DNA from: a virus
Lineage: Duplodnaviria > Caudoviricetes
Direction: 5' to 3' (one strand)
DNA length: 59,487 nucleotides
Virus record (IMG/VR): IMGVR_UViG_3300036820_000019
Coordinates: 1 to 59,487 of that record
In this document: one piece after another, positions 7,148-16,108 of the stretch
Layout: each line of letters opens with the position of its first letter
Position numbering within the stretch: position 1 is the first letter of the stretch
The notes under the pieces: model-generated
Seen by the model: the letters and a program-made list of their open reading frames with translations, nothing else
What the model was told of the DNA's origin: nothing
Databases searched by the model: none
Translations under genes and position numbers: made by a program

Positions 7148-9153
7148 CGCTCGCAGGGAGTGATCTCGCCGACGGACACGTGGCGGAACCGAGCCGCCTC
7201 GGCGACCGAGACGATTCGGCCGTCCTTCGCCCCACAGATGGGGTGAGCCCAGACGTACGGCTTGCCGAGTTCTGGGTGGTCCTTCACGCCGTAGCGATTG
7301 ACGACCTCGGCCAGGTGTTCGACTTCGCCGTAGTGGCCGCGCACGTTGCCGGTGACCTGGGAGCGGTAGAACGCTCCGGAGACCCTGTCGCCAGCCTGGG
7401 CGTCCTCGACGGGGCGGGTGCCCTCGAAGGTGCCGGAGTCGCCGGTGGTCAGGATCGCGTCCTTCGCTCGGTCGTGGAGCCGCTCGAACCCGGCGGTCGG
7501 GACGTACCCAGCGGCCACGTCCGAGCCTTGCAACGCCTCGTGCAACACGGCGGCGATTCCAGCATCGCTGCGCACCACGGCGACGTCGGCGGCCGCAACC
7601 GTCGCCCCGACCAGCTCCGACGCGTCCTGCGTGACCTCAGCCACGTCTCCGACCGATTCCTCGGCACCGTCCGGGGAGCCAAGATCTAGCCCCAGCGAGT
7701 CAAGGCATACGACCCGGACGATGTCGAGAGATTGCTTCGCCCGTGTGCAGGCGACATACACGAGGCGCCAGTCGGAGGCCGTCAGCTCGCGGCCCTTGAT
7801 CTGACCGGCGGCGTTCATCCAGAGCCCGGCGGGGAAGTCGGAGAACAACTGCACCGAGTCCCACTCACGACCCTTGGCCTTGTGTGCGGTCGAGATGATG
7901 AGGTCGGCGTTCGCCTCCGATGGCATGTTGTCCATGACGAAGATGATCCGCTCGGCCCCGTACTCCTCGACAAGGTCGACGAGCATCTTGAGATCAGAAC
8001 CGTCTTCGTCCTGGTCGACGTAAGTCACGACCTCCGACCACGAACCGAAGCACGACAGTTCAGCGTGTGCGGTGAAGCCGCGGGTCTGCAATTCGATGGA
8101 TGCCTTCGCGAAGTTCGAGACCTCCGCTCCGCCGCCGACAAGGTGCGGGGACATCCCGTCGCCGAGCGCCTCGACGAACCGCTTGAACGCACCCGCATTG
8201 GTGCGGCAGAGAACCGCGTCGGGGAGTTCGACAGGACCGACGACCGACGGACCGCCGACGCCATCGAGGCGAAGCTCGGCCTCGAGTTCGGTCAGGATCT
8301 TGTTCGCGACCTCGGCGACCTCGGGCCCGAACCGGAACGACTGGGTGAGGAACGTGCGGTGCGAAGCATCGACGTTGGCGAGGGCGTTGACCGCGCCGCG
8401 CCAGTCGTAGATCTGTTGTTGCGTGTCGCCGACCCAGACAACTTGTGAGGACTGCTCGGCGACGACGGCGAGCATGACCGGCGAGGCGTCCTGAGCCTCG
8501 TCGAACAGGATGAACTCGCCAGGGATGACCGGGTGCGAGAGCTGCCACATCTTGAGGTAGCAGTCGTGCGTGAACCGGAGAGTTCCGGCCGTCTTTTGCA
8601 GGTCAGCCCAGGCTCGCACGAGTGCGGGTTCAAGGTGCGCGGCCACGAGGTTGTTGTTGTAATACGACCGCTGGTGAGTGGTCTGGTCGAGGCCGTCGAT
8701 GCCCTCGGTGTAGGGGACGTGGCGACGGGTCGGCACCGAGTCGGCCGAGTTACAGAAGTTGGCGATGGCTCGGTTGACGAGACCGGCGAGCCAGCCCGGC
8801 GCGAGACGCTTCGACTCGCCGTTGACCTCGACGACGAGAGGGTCGATGCCGAGGAACCGGGCGACGTCGGCGGACTTGACGCGAGGGCCGTTGAGGCGGC
8901 CGCGGTAATCCTTGCCGACCGCCTGGTATGCGAGGGCGTGTGCGGTCGAGCACTTGACGTTGGCGGGGAACTTGCGCTCGCCCTCGACCACGATGGCCTT
9001 GTTGAACGCGACGTACGTGCCACGACGAGAGGTCGACTTAGCGATCTCGACGAGGGTTGTCGTCTTGCCGGTACCGGCGCCCGCCTCGATGGCGATGGTC
9101 TCGCCAGTGGCGAACAACTCGACGGCCTGGTCCTGCTCGGGAGTGCGATTCAT
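7123..9153 (-). CDS. UvrD/Rep-family SF1 helicase with a C-terminal Zn-binding extension
   Basis: AGAGTGKTT, DEAQD, VGDTQQQIYDWRGA, LTQSFRFG, STAHKAKGREW, YVACTRA. Confidence 0.95.
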   Translation of the reverse strand: MNRTPEQDQAVELFATGETIAIEAGAGTGKTTTLVEIAKSTSRRGTYVAFNKAIVVEGERKFPANVKCSTAHALAYQAVGKDYRGRLNGPRVKSADVARFLGIDPLVVEVNGESKRLAPGWLAGLVNRAIANFCNSADSVPTRRHVPYTEGIDGLDQTTHQRSYYNNNLVAAHLEPALVRAWADLQKTAGTLRFTHDCYLKMWQLSHPVIPGEFILFDEAQDASPVMLAVVAEQSSQVVWVGDTQQQIYDWRGAVNALANVDASHRTFLTQSFRFGPEVAEVANKILTELEAELRLDGVGGPSVVGPVELPDAVLCRTNAGAFKRFVEALGDGMSPHLVGGGAEVSNFAKASIELQTRGFTAHAELSCFGSWSEVVTYVDQDEDGSDLKMLVDLVEEYGAERIIFVMDNMPSEANADLIISTAHKAKGREWDSVQLFSDFPAGLWMNAAGQIKGRELTASDWRLVYVACTRAKQSLDIVRVVCLDSLGLDLGSPDGAEESVGDVAEVTQDASELVGATVAAADVAVVRSDAGIAAVLHEALQGSDVAAGYVPTAGFERLHDRAKDAILTTGDSGTFEGTRPVEDAQAGDRVSGAFYRSQVTGNVRGHYGEVEHLAEVVNRYGVKDHPELGKPYVWAHPICGAKDGRIVSVAEAARFRHVSVGEITPCERCLASTKR

Positions 9154-9241
9154 GACTTCCTCCTGGGGAGAGGTTGCCGGGCTCCGTGCCCGACGAGTCA
9201 ATGGTAATGCGCACTGGTCACGTGGTCAAGACAATCTTTCA
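9154..9241 (-). promoter_or_regulatory. Promoter cassette copy 2 (helicase)
   Basis: TGAAAGATTGTC-TTGACC-N17-TACCAT, hairpin GTCGGGC-ACGGA-GCCCGGC, RBS CTCCCCAGGAGG. Confidence 0.88.
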
Positions 9242-9242
9242 G

Positions 9243-9341
9243 ACAGACGAACGGCGGGCCCTCCGCCTAGTCGCCGAAGCAACCATCAGCAGGCCCGCCG
9301 CTCAATCTCCCAGGAGGACCGGGCTAGCCCGGCCATCATTG
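9243..9341 (-). ncRNA. Candidate structured small RNA with an anti-RBS segment
   Basis: TACGAT -10-like box at 9348-9353; 5' hairpin; CCUCCUGGGAG; 13-bp stem with G-U pairs enclosing a C(UUCG)G-capped inner stem. Confidence 0.55.
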
Positions 9342-9360
9342 CTTTGCATCGTAGGTGACG

Positions 9361-9657
9361 CTACCGCGAGAGGGCGGCGGCCGTCGCTTTCAGATGGCGA
9401 ATGACGTTGAACGCGATAACGCCTCCGGCTATGACCCACGAGACCGCCGGGACGAGCGCCTGCACAATGGGCGGGATTACGAACCCAGGGTGCAAGACGA
9501 CGATGATCCCGTTCGCGACCGAGATGGCGGCGGTGAGGAACACGACGATGCTCGTCGGGTCGGTCCACGTCGGCATCGGAATCTCGACTTGCTTCTCGTT
9601 CGCCATGACCGAGCGACCGGCGTCGGTGTCCCGGACCGGGATCGTCAGCTTGCTCAC
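9361..9657 (-). CDS. Holin-like protein with two TM helices
   Basis: Two hydrophobic helices and a basic C-terminus, at the end of the lysis cluster. Confidence 0.7.
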   Translation of the reverse strand: MSKLTIPVRDTDAGRSVMANEKQVEIPMPTWTDPTSIVVFLTAAISVANGIIVVLHPGFVIPPIVQALVPAVSWVIAGGVIAFNVIRHLKATAAALSR

Positions 9658-11093
9658 GACGCGGTGTTCGGGAGCTTGAGCAGCTTCTCGATGAATGAGA
9701 TCCCGGATTCGGCGAGCGATGCGAACGGCTCGGGCAAGGTCGCGGCGAATGTCGCGATGACCACCAAAGCCTCCTCGACCTCCTGCGTGATGGGTGATGG
9801 CGAGGGCGACGGGGATGGCCCCGGCGAAGGGGAAGGGCTCGGTGCCGGGCCAGGGGTCGGATCTGGGACGGGTCCCGGAGAGGGCGGGCCCGGTGACGGT
9901 GAGGGCGCGGGCTCGGGTGCCGGTGACGGTGAGACGGGAGGGTCCACTACCGTGCCGCCCCCAGCTTTGATGGCGGCCAGGACCGCGTCGAAGTCGAGAC
10001 CCGTGTTCTCGGCGTCCTCGCGAGTGGCGATGCCCCAGGCTTCGACGACGCATGCTGTCATCCAGTCGTAGGTCATCTCCTGGAGCTTCGCCCAGGTGAC
10101 GCACGTCCCCATGCCTGGCGCGAACTTGACGAGCAAGATCCCGTGACCTTCGTCCGGGTCTGGCTTCTCTCCGTTGGCGACGGTCCACGGTGAGTTCGGA
10201 AAGAGCGTCTGCGCGTCGTCGGTGAGCTCGACGCCAAGGATGATCCCATTGAACTCGAGCGCCTCGACTCCGAGGTTCGCCGGGTCGAGGTTCGTTATCT
10301 CGACGAACCCGAACTCGTCGATGTCGTCTCCGGCCAGCTTCGCCTTTTGCGACTCGTCGAAGAGGTACTGCAACCAATCCGAGATGACCGAGCCCTCGTC
10401 GGGAGTTGGCGGCGGTTCGCCCGCCGCGATCCCGTAGCCGTAGTAGAGGCCGAGGGTTTCGTCGGTCGCCGGTGCGGAGTCGCCGGGAAAGAGTTTCTTC
10501 GACATGCGATTGTGCTCGGTGGCGGCAGGCACACAGTCCGACTCGTCGTCGTTGCCGAGCATCCCCCAGGCCGTTATGCCCTGGGTCACGTCGCCGGAGG
10601 TCGCGCCCTCGAACCGTCTCGAGCCGGTGCGGAGGAGTTCGACCGCGAGTTCTGGTCGATGCTTCGCCGGCTTGCGGCCGGTCTTGTACGGGTGCGTCTG
10701 GGCGTGGCCCGCGATCCCGGTGTCATCGTGCGTCAATGTTGCCTCCTGGGTTATCGGTCGAGGAACGCCAGTCGCCGACTCGACGTGGTCGTGCAGCGCG
10801 TCCATCCTTGCATGAAGTCCACCGATGAGGCGAGCCATTTCCTCGGCCTGTGACTTGGCGAGTTCGCGGCGGTGTGCTCGTTCCGACTCGTGGATGCGGT
10901 GCCACCATGCCTCGACCTTCGGGCGGAGCCAGGGTTCGAGGATCTTCGCCAGGACGAGACCGACGAGGATGGCGAGTAGCTGCTCCGAACCGTTCGTGAT
11001 CCAGTTGTCGGGGTTGAACGCGAACGCGGCGAAGTGGCGAAGATGCGCCCAGTCGTAGGGCACGTCGGCATGGATGAACGCGAGGAGGGTCAC
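9654..11093 (-). CDS. Papain-like cysteine peptidase (putative lysin) fused to an N-terminal TM domain; internal start at 10736
   Basis: MLGNDDESDCVPAA (Cys), GHGILLV (His), VTWA; Pro/Ser linker; CCCAGGAGG before the in-frame TTG at 10736. Confidence 0.7.
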   Translation of the reverse strand: MTLLAFIHADVPYDWAHLRHFAAFAFNPDNWITNGSEQLLAILVGLVLAKILEPWLRPKVEAWWHRIHESERAHRRELAKSQAEEMARLIGGLHARMDALHDHVESATGVPRPITQEATLTHDDTGIAGHAQTHPYKTGRKPAKHRPELAVELLRTGSRRFEGATSGDVTQGITAWGMLGNDDESDCVPAATEHNRMSKKLFPGDSAPATDETLGLYYGYGIAAGEPPPTPDEGSVISDWLQYLFDESQKAKLAGDDIDEFGFVEITNLDPANLGVEALEFNGIILGVELTDDAQTLFPNSPWTVANGEKPDPDEGHGILLVKFAPGMGTCVTWAKLQEMTYDWMTACVVEAWGIATREDAENTGLDFDAVLAAIKAGGGTVVDPPVSPSPAPEPAPSPSPGPPSPGPVPDPTPGPAPSPSPSPGPSPSPSPSPITQEVEEALVVIATFAATLPEPFASLAESGISFIEKLLKLPNTAS

Positions 11094-11104
11094 GTCCCCA
11101 GAAG

Positions 11105-11437
11105 TTAGCGGTCCTTCGGTGGCAGCTTGAGGAACGCGACGATGGTGCTCGGGCAGTCACGGACGACGGCCGACGATTCGAACTCGATGAGAGGGTCCTT
11201 GCCGTTGTAGAGGGCAGGCACGAGGAACGCGCAGAGGAGGTCGCCGTCGACGCTTGCGGCCGACCGGAGCTTGATCGACGTCGGCGACGTCCCGTGAGCT
11301 ATCAGTTCGTTCGTGTTCGAGACGACCGTGTCGATCTTGGTCAGGAGGACGCCGAACCCAGTCCCGGCCGAAAGAGCCACCACGACGACGACCGCTATCA
11401 CCCAGCCCGTGAAGTCGAGGTGCGGTCGCAACCTCAC
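11105..11437 (-). CDS. Membrane protein in the lysis cluster
   Basis: N-terminal TM WVIAVVVVVALSAGTGFGVLL. Confidence 0.7.
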   Translation of the reverse strand: MRLRPHLDFTGWVIAVVVVVALSAGTGFGVLLTKIDTVVSNTNELIAHGTSPTSIKLRSAASVDGDLLCAFLVPALYNGKDPLIEFESSAVVRDCPSTIVAFLKLPPKDR

Positions 11438-11766
11438 TTCTCCGTGCCGGTCCTCAACAGTTCGAGGACCGCGTGGTCCTGGCCCTGGACTTCCGAGAGA
11501 TGATTGACCGTGTTCGTCAGCGTGGTCATGCCGTCGGTGAACTTCTTGAGTTGGACAAGCAACGGATCTGCTCCCTCCTCGCCGGTCATCTCATTGGGTT
11601 TCGTACCCTCGAACGCCGTGAGAATCACATCGAACTTCGTCCGCCTGGTCGCCCAGCGGTGGATAGCGTCGGAGCCCTTCGCTCCTGCTACGCCACCGAT
11701 GGTAACGAATGCGAGGGCGACGGTTGCTATCGCGCCCCAGTCGCTACCCGAGATGTTCGCAAGCAT
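11434..11766 (-). CDS. Membrane protein (single TM plus coiled coil), holin-like
   Basis: WGAIATVALAFVTIGGVAG; follows the endolysin. Confidence 0.7.
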   Translation of the reverse strand: MLANISGSDWGAIATVALAFVTIGGVAGAKGSDAIHRWATRRTKFDVILTAFEGTKPNEMTGEEGADPLLVQLKKFTDGMTTLTNTVNHLSEVQGQDHAVLELLRTGTEK

Positions 11767-12557
11767 CAGGCGTCTTTAGGCGCGGGCCACAATTCCGGGG
11801 TGAAGTAGGCGAAGGTCTCGGTGTCGATGTTGTGCTGTTCGACGCCGGTCGAGAGGACCTGGGCGAGGACCGGTTCCGACGGTATGCCGACGGCCCTCCG
11901 GGTAGACCAGGAGCAGAGGTAGTCGCCGCCGCCTGGGTTCGGATTTGCCGTCACGAAGGTATCCACGTCGGGCAGCTTAGGAGCTGGCGGCGGAGCCGGG
12001 GGGAATGGCTGCGTGCCGGTCCACGACACGCCCGAGGCAGCCAGGAAGCCCTCCGGCGGGTGACCCGAGGAGATGGCTTGCATGACCTCGTCGACGTCCT
12101 GGGCGTACTGCGCCGGGTCGGCCGGGCGTTGTGCGGCCGCCACGAGGGCGCCACCGGTGAGGCCGGTCGCCCGCATGACTCCGGCCATCTCGGCCATCGC
12201 CACGTTCGAGCAGTTGACGGGGTCCTCGGCCCACGAGGTCGGCACGCCCGCAGGCATCTCGCCGCCAAGGTGCAATTGGTACCACCCGAACGACGTCGGC
12301 AGGGCGCCAGGCGTTCCCGGAGCGACGATGACGCCTCTCGGGTTGCCGCCGTAGGTCCAGTCTCCTCGAGCGGCAGGGTCGAACCCGGATTCGATCCAAC
12401 AACACGCCGCGCACGTCAGAGGGTCGAGGCCGTAGTGCCTCGCCATCTGCCCGTTGAGGTCAAGGAGCGTGAACGTCGTCGCGGCGAAGTCCGGTCGCTT
12501 CGTGAACAAGTGAGCGATGGTCGACTCGTCGAAGGGCTCGGGGACTGGCTGGGTCAC
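11766..12557 (-). CDS. Endolysin with a lysozyme-like/lytic transglycosylase domain
   Basis: WIESGFDPAARGD...SFGWYQL SLT-like motifs; first gene after the tail genes. Confidence 0.8.
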   Translation of the reverse strand: MTQPVPEPFDESTIAHLFTKRPDFAATTFTLLDLNGQMARHYGLDPLTCAACCWIESGFDPAARGDWTYGGNPRGVIVAPGTPGALPTSFGWYQLHLGGEMPAGVPTSWAEDPVNCSNVAMAEMAGVMRATGLTGGALVAAAQRPADPAQYAQDVDEVMQAISSGHPPEGFLAASGVSWTGTQPFPPAPPPAPKLPDVDTFVTANPNPGGGDYLCSWSTRRAVGIPSEPVLAQVLSTGVEQHNIDTETFAYFTPELWPAPKDA

Positions 12558-12566
12558 GGCGAGATC

Positions 12567-13736
12567 CTATTGCACGGCGATCTGGCCGACGTGCCAGCCT
12601 TGCGAGCCCGGAGGCGTCCAGAGTTTGCCCCAGGGAGCCGTCGAGAACATCAGCCAGTCGGAGACGTAGACCTCGCCGTTCGTGTGCTGGCAGAGATCCG
12701 TCGGGCACGACAGGGCAGCGCTGCCCCAGAGGTCGTACTCGGCATAGGTGCCCGTCGACGGGTCGAGAGTGAATACTGCCGTCGCGGCCGAATCGAACGG
12801 GACGTCCTCATCGAACCACCAGCCGCAGAACGCGAGGATGTTCTCGGCGCCGTCGTTGTAGATCATGATGCCCGAGACGAAGAACGCCGAAGCACCGATC
12901 TCTATGTCCGGCGGCGGCCCGGTGTAGTTGTGGATGAGGAAGCCCGTTGACGGATCGATGGCGAGGAATCCCCAGCCGCCGCCGTTGTCAGCCCAGTCGG
13001 CGTAGGCGACCCACAGATTGCCGTCGGGACCCTTGAACACCGTCGACGGTCGGCAGGTGTCGAACGGGAGATCGGCTGCTATGTCACGGAGGATCGTCGA
13101 CGCGCCCGAGACGTCGATCTGCAACACGGCGTAGTCGTTCGTCTCTTCGAGGATGACCGCCGCATAGATGTAACTCTCGTCGGCGCAACACGAGCACCAC
13201 GGCAGGCCGTAATAGATCGACACGCCGGTGAGGGAGACCTGAGTCCATGTCGAGCCGTCAGGCGTCACGCCGATCAGGTTCGGCGCCGAACTGCTCGTGA
13301 AAGCACTGAGCCGGTAGAGGTTGCCGTCCGGGCCGAGGACGAGGTTGTAGTCCCAACCGCCATCGAGGATCGAGTCGTCGTGTGGCGCGTTGTACTGCGC
13401 CACCGAGCCGTCGGTCGTGTCGACCACGAGCAGCGTCGGGTAGAGGAAGTCGTAGACCATCGAGTACAGGAGCGAGCCGATCTTGATCGTCTTGCGCGGC
13501 GTGTACCACTCGGTTGCGCCGTCGCCCCAGGCGTCGGGGTCGACGTCGTACTTCGTGATCGAGAAGCCATTGGGCGGCGTCACTTGAAACTCGGTCGGGC
13601 CAGACCCGAAGTACTGCGTCGCGCCCATGATCGACGACGTCTCCATCCAGAGCTTTTGATCCGGGCCCTCGATGACGGTCAGGGCGCCGTGTGGCGGCGT
13701 CGGGATCTGGCGGGGGACGAACGGGCCGGGGACCAC
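12567..13736 (-). CDS. Beta-propeller tail-tip/receptor-binding protein (Vgb-like repeats)
   Basis: Repeated GPDQKLW/GPDGNLY/GPDGNLW blades. Confidence 0.7.
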   Translation of the reverse strand: MVPGPFVPRQIPTPPHGALTVIEGPDQKLWMETSSIMGATQYFGSGPTEFQVTPPNGFSITKYDVDPDAWGDGATEWYTPRKTIKIGSLLYSMVYDFLYPTLLVVDTTDGSVAQYNAPHDDSILDGGWDYNLVLGPDGNLYRLSAFTSSSAPNLIGVTPDGSTWTQVSLTGVSIYYGLPWCSCCADESYIYAAVILEETNDYAVLQIDVSGASTILRDIAADLPFDTCRPSTVFKGPDGNLWVAYADWADNGGGWGFLAIDPSTGFLIHNYTGPPPDIEIGASAFFVSGIMIYNDGAENILAFCGWWFDEDVPFDSAATAVFTLDPSTGTYAEYDLWGSAALSCPTDLCQHTNGEVYVSDWLMFSTAPWGKLWTPPGSQGWHVGQIAVQ

Positions 13737-14276
13737 CTAGACGATCCGCACGGCGGCCACGAGGTCGGCGCCGACCGTCCCACAGGCGGTGCACTGCACT
13801 TGGATTATGTCGGTGGCGTTTCCGCCGAGAGGCGGCCAGGAGGAGTCGTACCGGGCGAACGTCGACGCCTCCGACTCCGAGAGAGTGAGCGTCGTGAACT
13901 CGGTTCCGTTGAGGAGGAACGAGATTGTGATTTCGGCATCAGGGTCGACGGTGCCTATGGCGAGCGTGACGAGGTAGATCTTCGACGTGTTCGGCAGGAT
14001 GACCAAGTGCGGCCCGGATGGGTTGCCGGTGAAGACTTGACCGGGCCAGGTGAACGGGACGAGTTGCGGTGACGACGGTCGCGCGGCGCCGACGAGCTCG
14101 TCGAAGACGTAGGAGTGGCCGTCCTGCACGATGCCCGTCGCCAGGTTGTTGTCGAGCTGCTCCGCGGCGGTCGCCCTCGGGTTGAGCTTGCGCTCGCGCT
14201 CATAGATGCGTGCGGCGTGACGGGAGGTGATCTCCTCCATCGTCAGAGGAATGATGTTCGAGTTCTGCCCAGGCAT
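13737..14276 (-). CDS. Minor tail protein
   Basis: ATG overlaps the upstream TAA; beta-rich C-terminus; position in the tail module. Confidence 0.7.
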   Translation of the reverse strand: MPGQNSNIIPLTMEEITSRHAARIYERERKLNPRATAAEQLDNNLATGIVQDGHSYVFDELVGAARPSSPQLVPFTWPGQVFTGNPSGPHLVILPNTSKIYLVTLAIGTVDPDAEITISFLLNGTEFTTLTLSESEASTFARYDSSWPPLGGNATDIIQVQCTACGTVGADLVAAVRIV

Positions 14277-16105
14277 TAGACCGGACTCGGCACGCCCGCA
14301 TACGGGTCGGGCAAGTTGAGGGTGAAGTCGACGACGTCGCCGTCGGGGCCTGGGTAGAGGTCGATCTGCACCACGCGGAACACTTCGCCAGTGAACACCA
14401 TCCAACCGTAGGACCCAAACACGGGCACGGTGTCGCCGACCTTGAGGCCGGGTGCGCCGACGATGATCGGGCCGAACGTCGGGTCGGTTGCTCGAGTTCG
14501 GATGACCGGGGCGAGAGGCGTGCCGCCGATTGACTTCTCGCGCTGTTTGGCGAGGGGCGTCAGGGCACCGATCGATATGTCGTTCGGTGCGTTCTCGACG
14601 ATCTCTATGTCCTTGCCGCCGAAGGAGCCGTGGTCTATGAACCCGCCCTCGACGTTGGCCGCGCCCTGGTCGATGCTCGTCGACATGTCGACGCCAATCT
14701 CGGTGACGTTATTGCCGCCGTTCTCGGCATTGGCGGAGAACTGCCCGGACGCCAGGAACGGATCGATGAACAACGGCAGGGCCGGTTGGAAGACTCCCTT
14801 GCGGCCGAGGTTGGCATTGCCCCAGGTCGTGAAGTTCCGATGCTGGGTGTCGGGAAACAGGATTTCCATGTCGAGGCCCTGGTATTGCGAGGTCCAGTCG
14901 TTGAGGGCTTCGAGGATGTTCTGGTGATTCGAGTAGGGGTAGCTCGCCGTCCGCCTGATCGGCATGTTCGGGCAGTCGAACCCGAAGTTGAGATCCGTCT
15001 TCGACGTGTCCATCTGTTCGAGGTTGTCGTCGCCGAGGGAGGTCGGTTGAAAGCAAATCTGAGCGATGCGCTGAACGATGATGTTCTCGTCCTCGCCGCC
15101 CGTCTCCGGGTAGAAACCGTCGAGCTGATTGAACGCCAGGCCCGACCAGAGGATCTTTCCGCCCGGCGCGTACATCCGGTATTTGACGACGAACCCGCCC
15201 GCGAGGCCTTGCGGTGGCACAAGGCCGACCTGTAGCCGAGTCCACTCCTCGGTGTCGGCCGTGGCAGTTATCTGCGCCACCGAGACGGCCAGGCCCGATT
15301 GCAGGTTCGGGGTGTAGGAGCCGTCGTCGTGGACCGTGCCGACGTTGTAGATGGGCGTCGTTCCGTCGGCAAGGAACAGTTGCATGTAGAGCCCGCGCAT
15401 CGTCGCGCCGAGGGTGCCGGGGAAGTTCGCCGCCGGGCCGGTGAACGCGAGGAGGTAATACCAGCACGTGAGCACGAGACCGGGCGCCTGCGGCGTCCAC
15501 GCGCCATCGGGAAAGGCGACGGTCTGCTCCCAATAGGCATCCTCGCCCGCGGTCTGATTCGTGTTGTCGGCGCCGGAGAGTTGGACTGCCGTGTATTGCC
15601 CGTTCGTGAGGTCGCCGGATTGACCGATGAGAGGCGACGGCGGCACCGGCCAGGAGACGTGCGTGTCGACGGCGGTGAAGTGAGTTGCCGGCTGCACGAA
15701 CCCGGAGTCGTAGTCGTAGCCCTTCGCCCACTGCACCCGGTTCGCCATGCCGAAGAATCGCTTGTGCGCGTACCAGAACAGGCCGTAGCCGGTGACCTGC
15801 GTGGTCGAGCCATCGCCCAGGATCTCGACGTCGACCATGACTCCCCACCAATAGAGGCGGCCGTACCGGTAGTACTGGATCTCCCAACGAGCGGTCTCTT
15901 TGCCGTAGGGAGCGAAGGTCGGCTCGGTCGTCGGGATCGTGAACTGGATGAGGCCCATGTTGTTGAGCTGCCACTCGACTTGCGTCAGCTGGTAGTTGCG
16001 GAGGCCCTGCACGAAGACGCCGTAGATGTCCGTGAGGACGAGGAAGTCGCCGCGCGGTCCTGCCGGGGGAGCAACGGCCGCCGGTGGCGGCGTGAGCAGC
16101 GTCAC
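14276..16105 (-). CDS. Minor tail (hub/Tal-like) protein
   Basis: WQLNNMGLIQFTIP...IQYYRYGRLYWWG and LKVGDTVPV motifs of siphophage hub proteins. Confidence 0.8.
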   Translation of the reverse strand: MTLLTPPPAAVAPPAGPRGDFLVLTDIYGVFVQGLRNYQLTQVEWQLNNMGLIQFTIPTTEPTFAPYGKETARWEIQYYRYGRLYWWGVMVDVEILGDGSTTQVTGYGLFWYAHKRFFGMANRVQWAKGYDYDSGFVQPATHFTAVDTHVSWPVPPSPLIGQSGDLTNGQYTAVQLSGADNTNQTAGEDAYWEQTVAFPDGAWTPQAPGLVLTCWYYLLAFTGPAANFPGTLGATMRGLYMQLFLADGTTPIYNVGTVHDDGSYTPNLQSGLAVSVAQITATADTEEWTRLQVGLVPPQGLAGGFVVKYRMYAPGGKILWSGLAFNQLDGFYPETGGEDENIIVQRIAQICFQPTSLGDDNLEQMDTSKTDLNFGFDCPNMPIRRTASYPYSNHQNILEALNDWTSQYQGLDMEILFPDTQHRNFTTWGNANLGRKGVFQPALPLFIDPFLASGQFSANAENGGNNVTEIGVDMSTSIDQGAANVEGGFIDHGSFGGKDIEIVENAPNDISIGALTPLAKQREKSIGGTPLAPVIRTRATDPTFGPIIVGAPGLKVGDTVPVFGSYGWMVFTGEVFRVVQIDLYPGPDGDVVDFTLNLPDPYAGVPSPV

Positions 16106-16108
16106 GGG

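Noticed and set aside
9790-9960. Low-complexity repeat region
   Set aside because: Simply encodes the Pro/Ser linker of the peptidase
9355-10071. Plus-strand ORF possibly served by CCCAGGAGG at 9309-9317
   Set aside because: The start is ~37 nt from the SD-like sequence, and the ORF is the antisense shadow of the holin and peptidase genes
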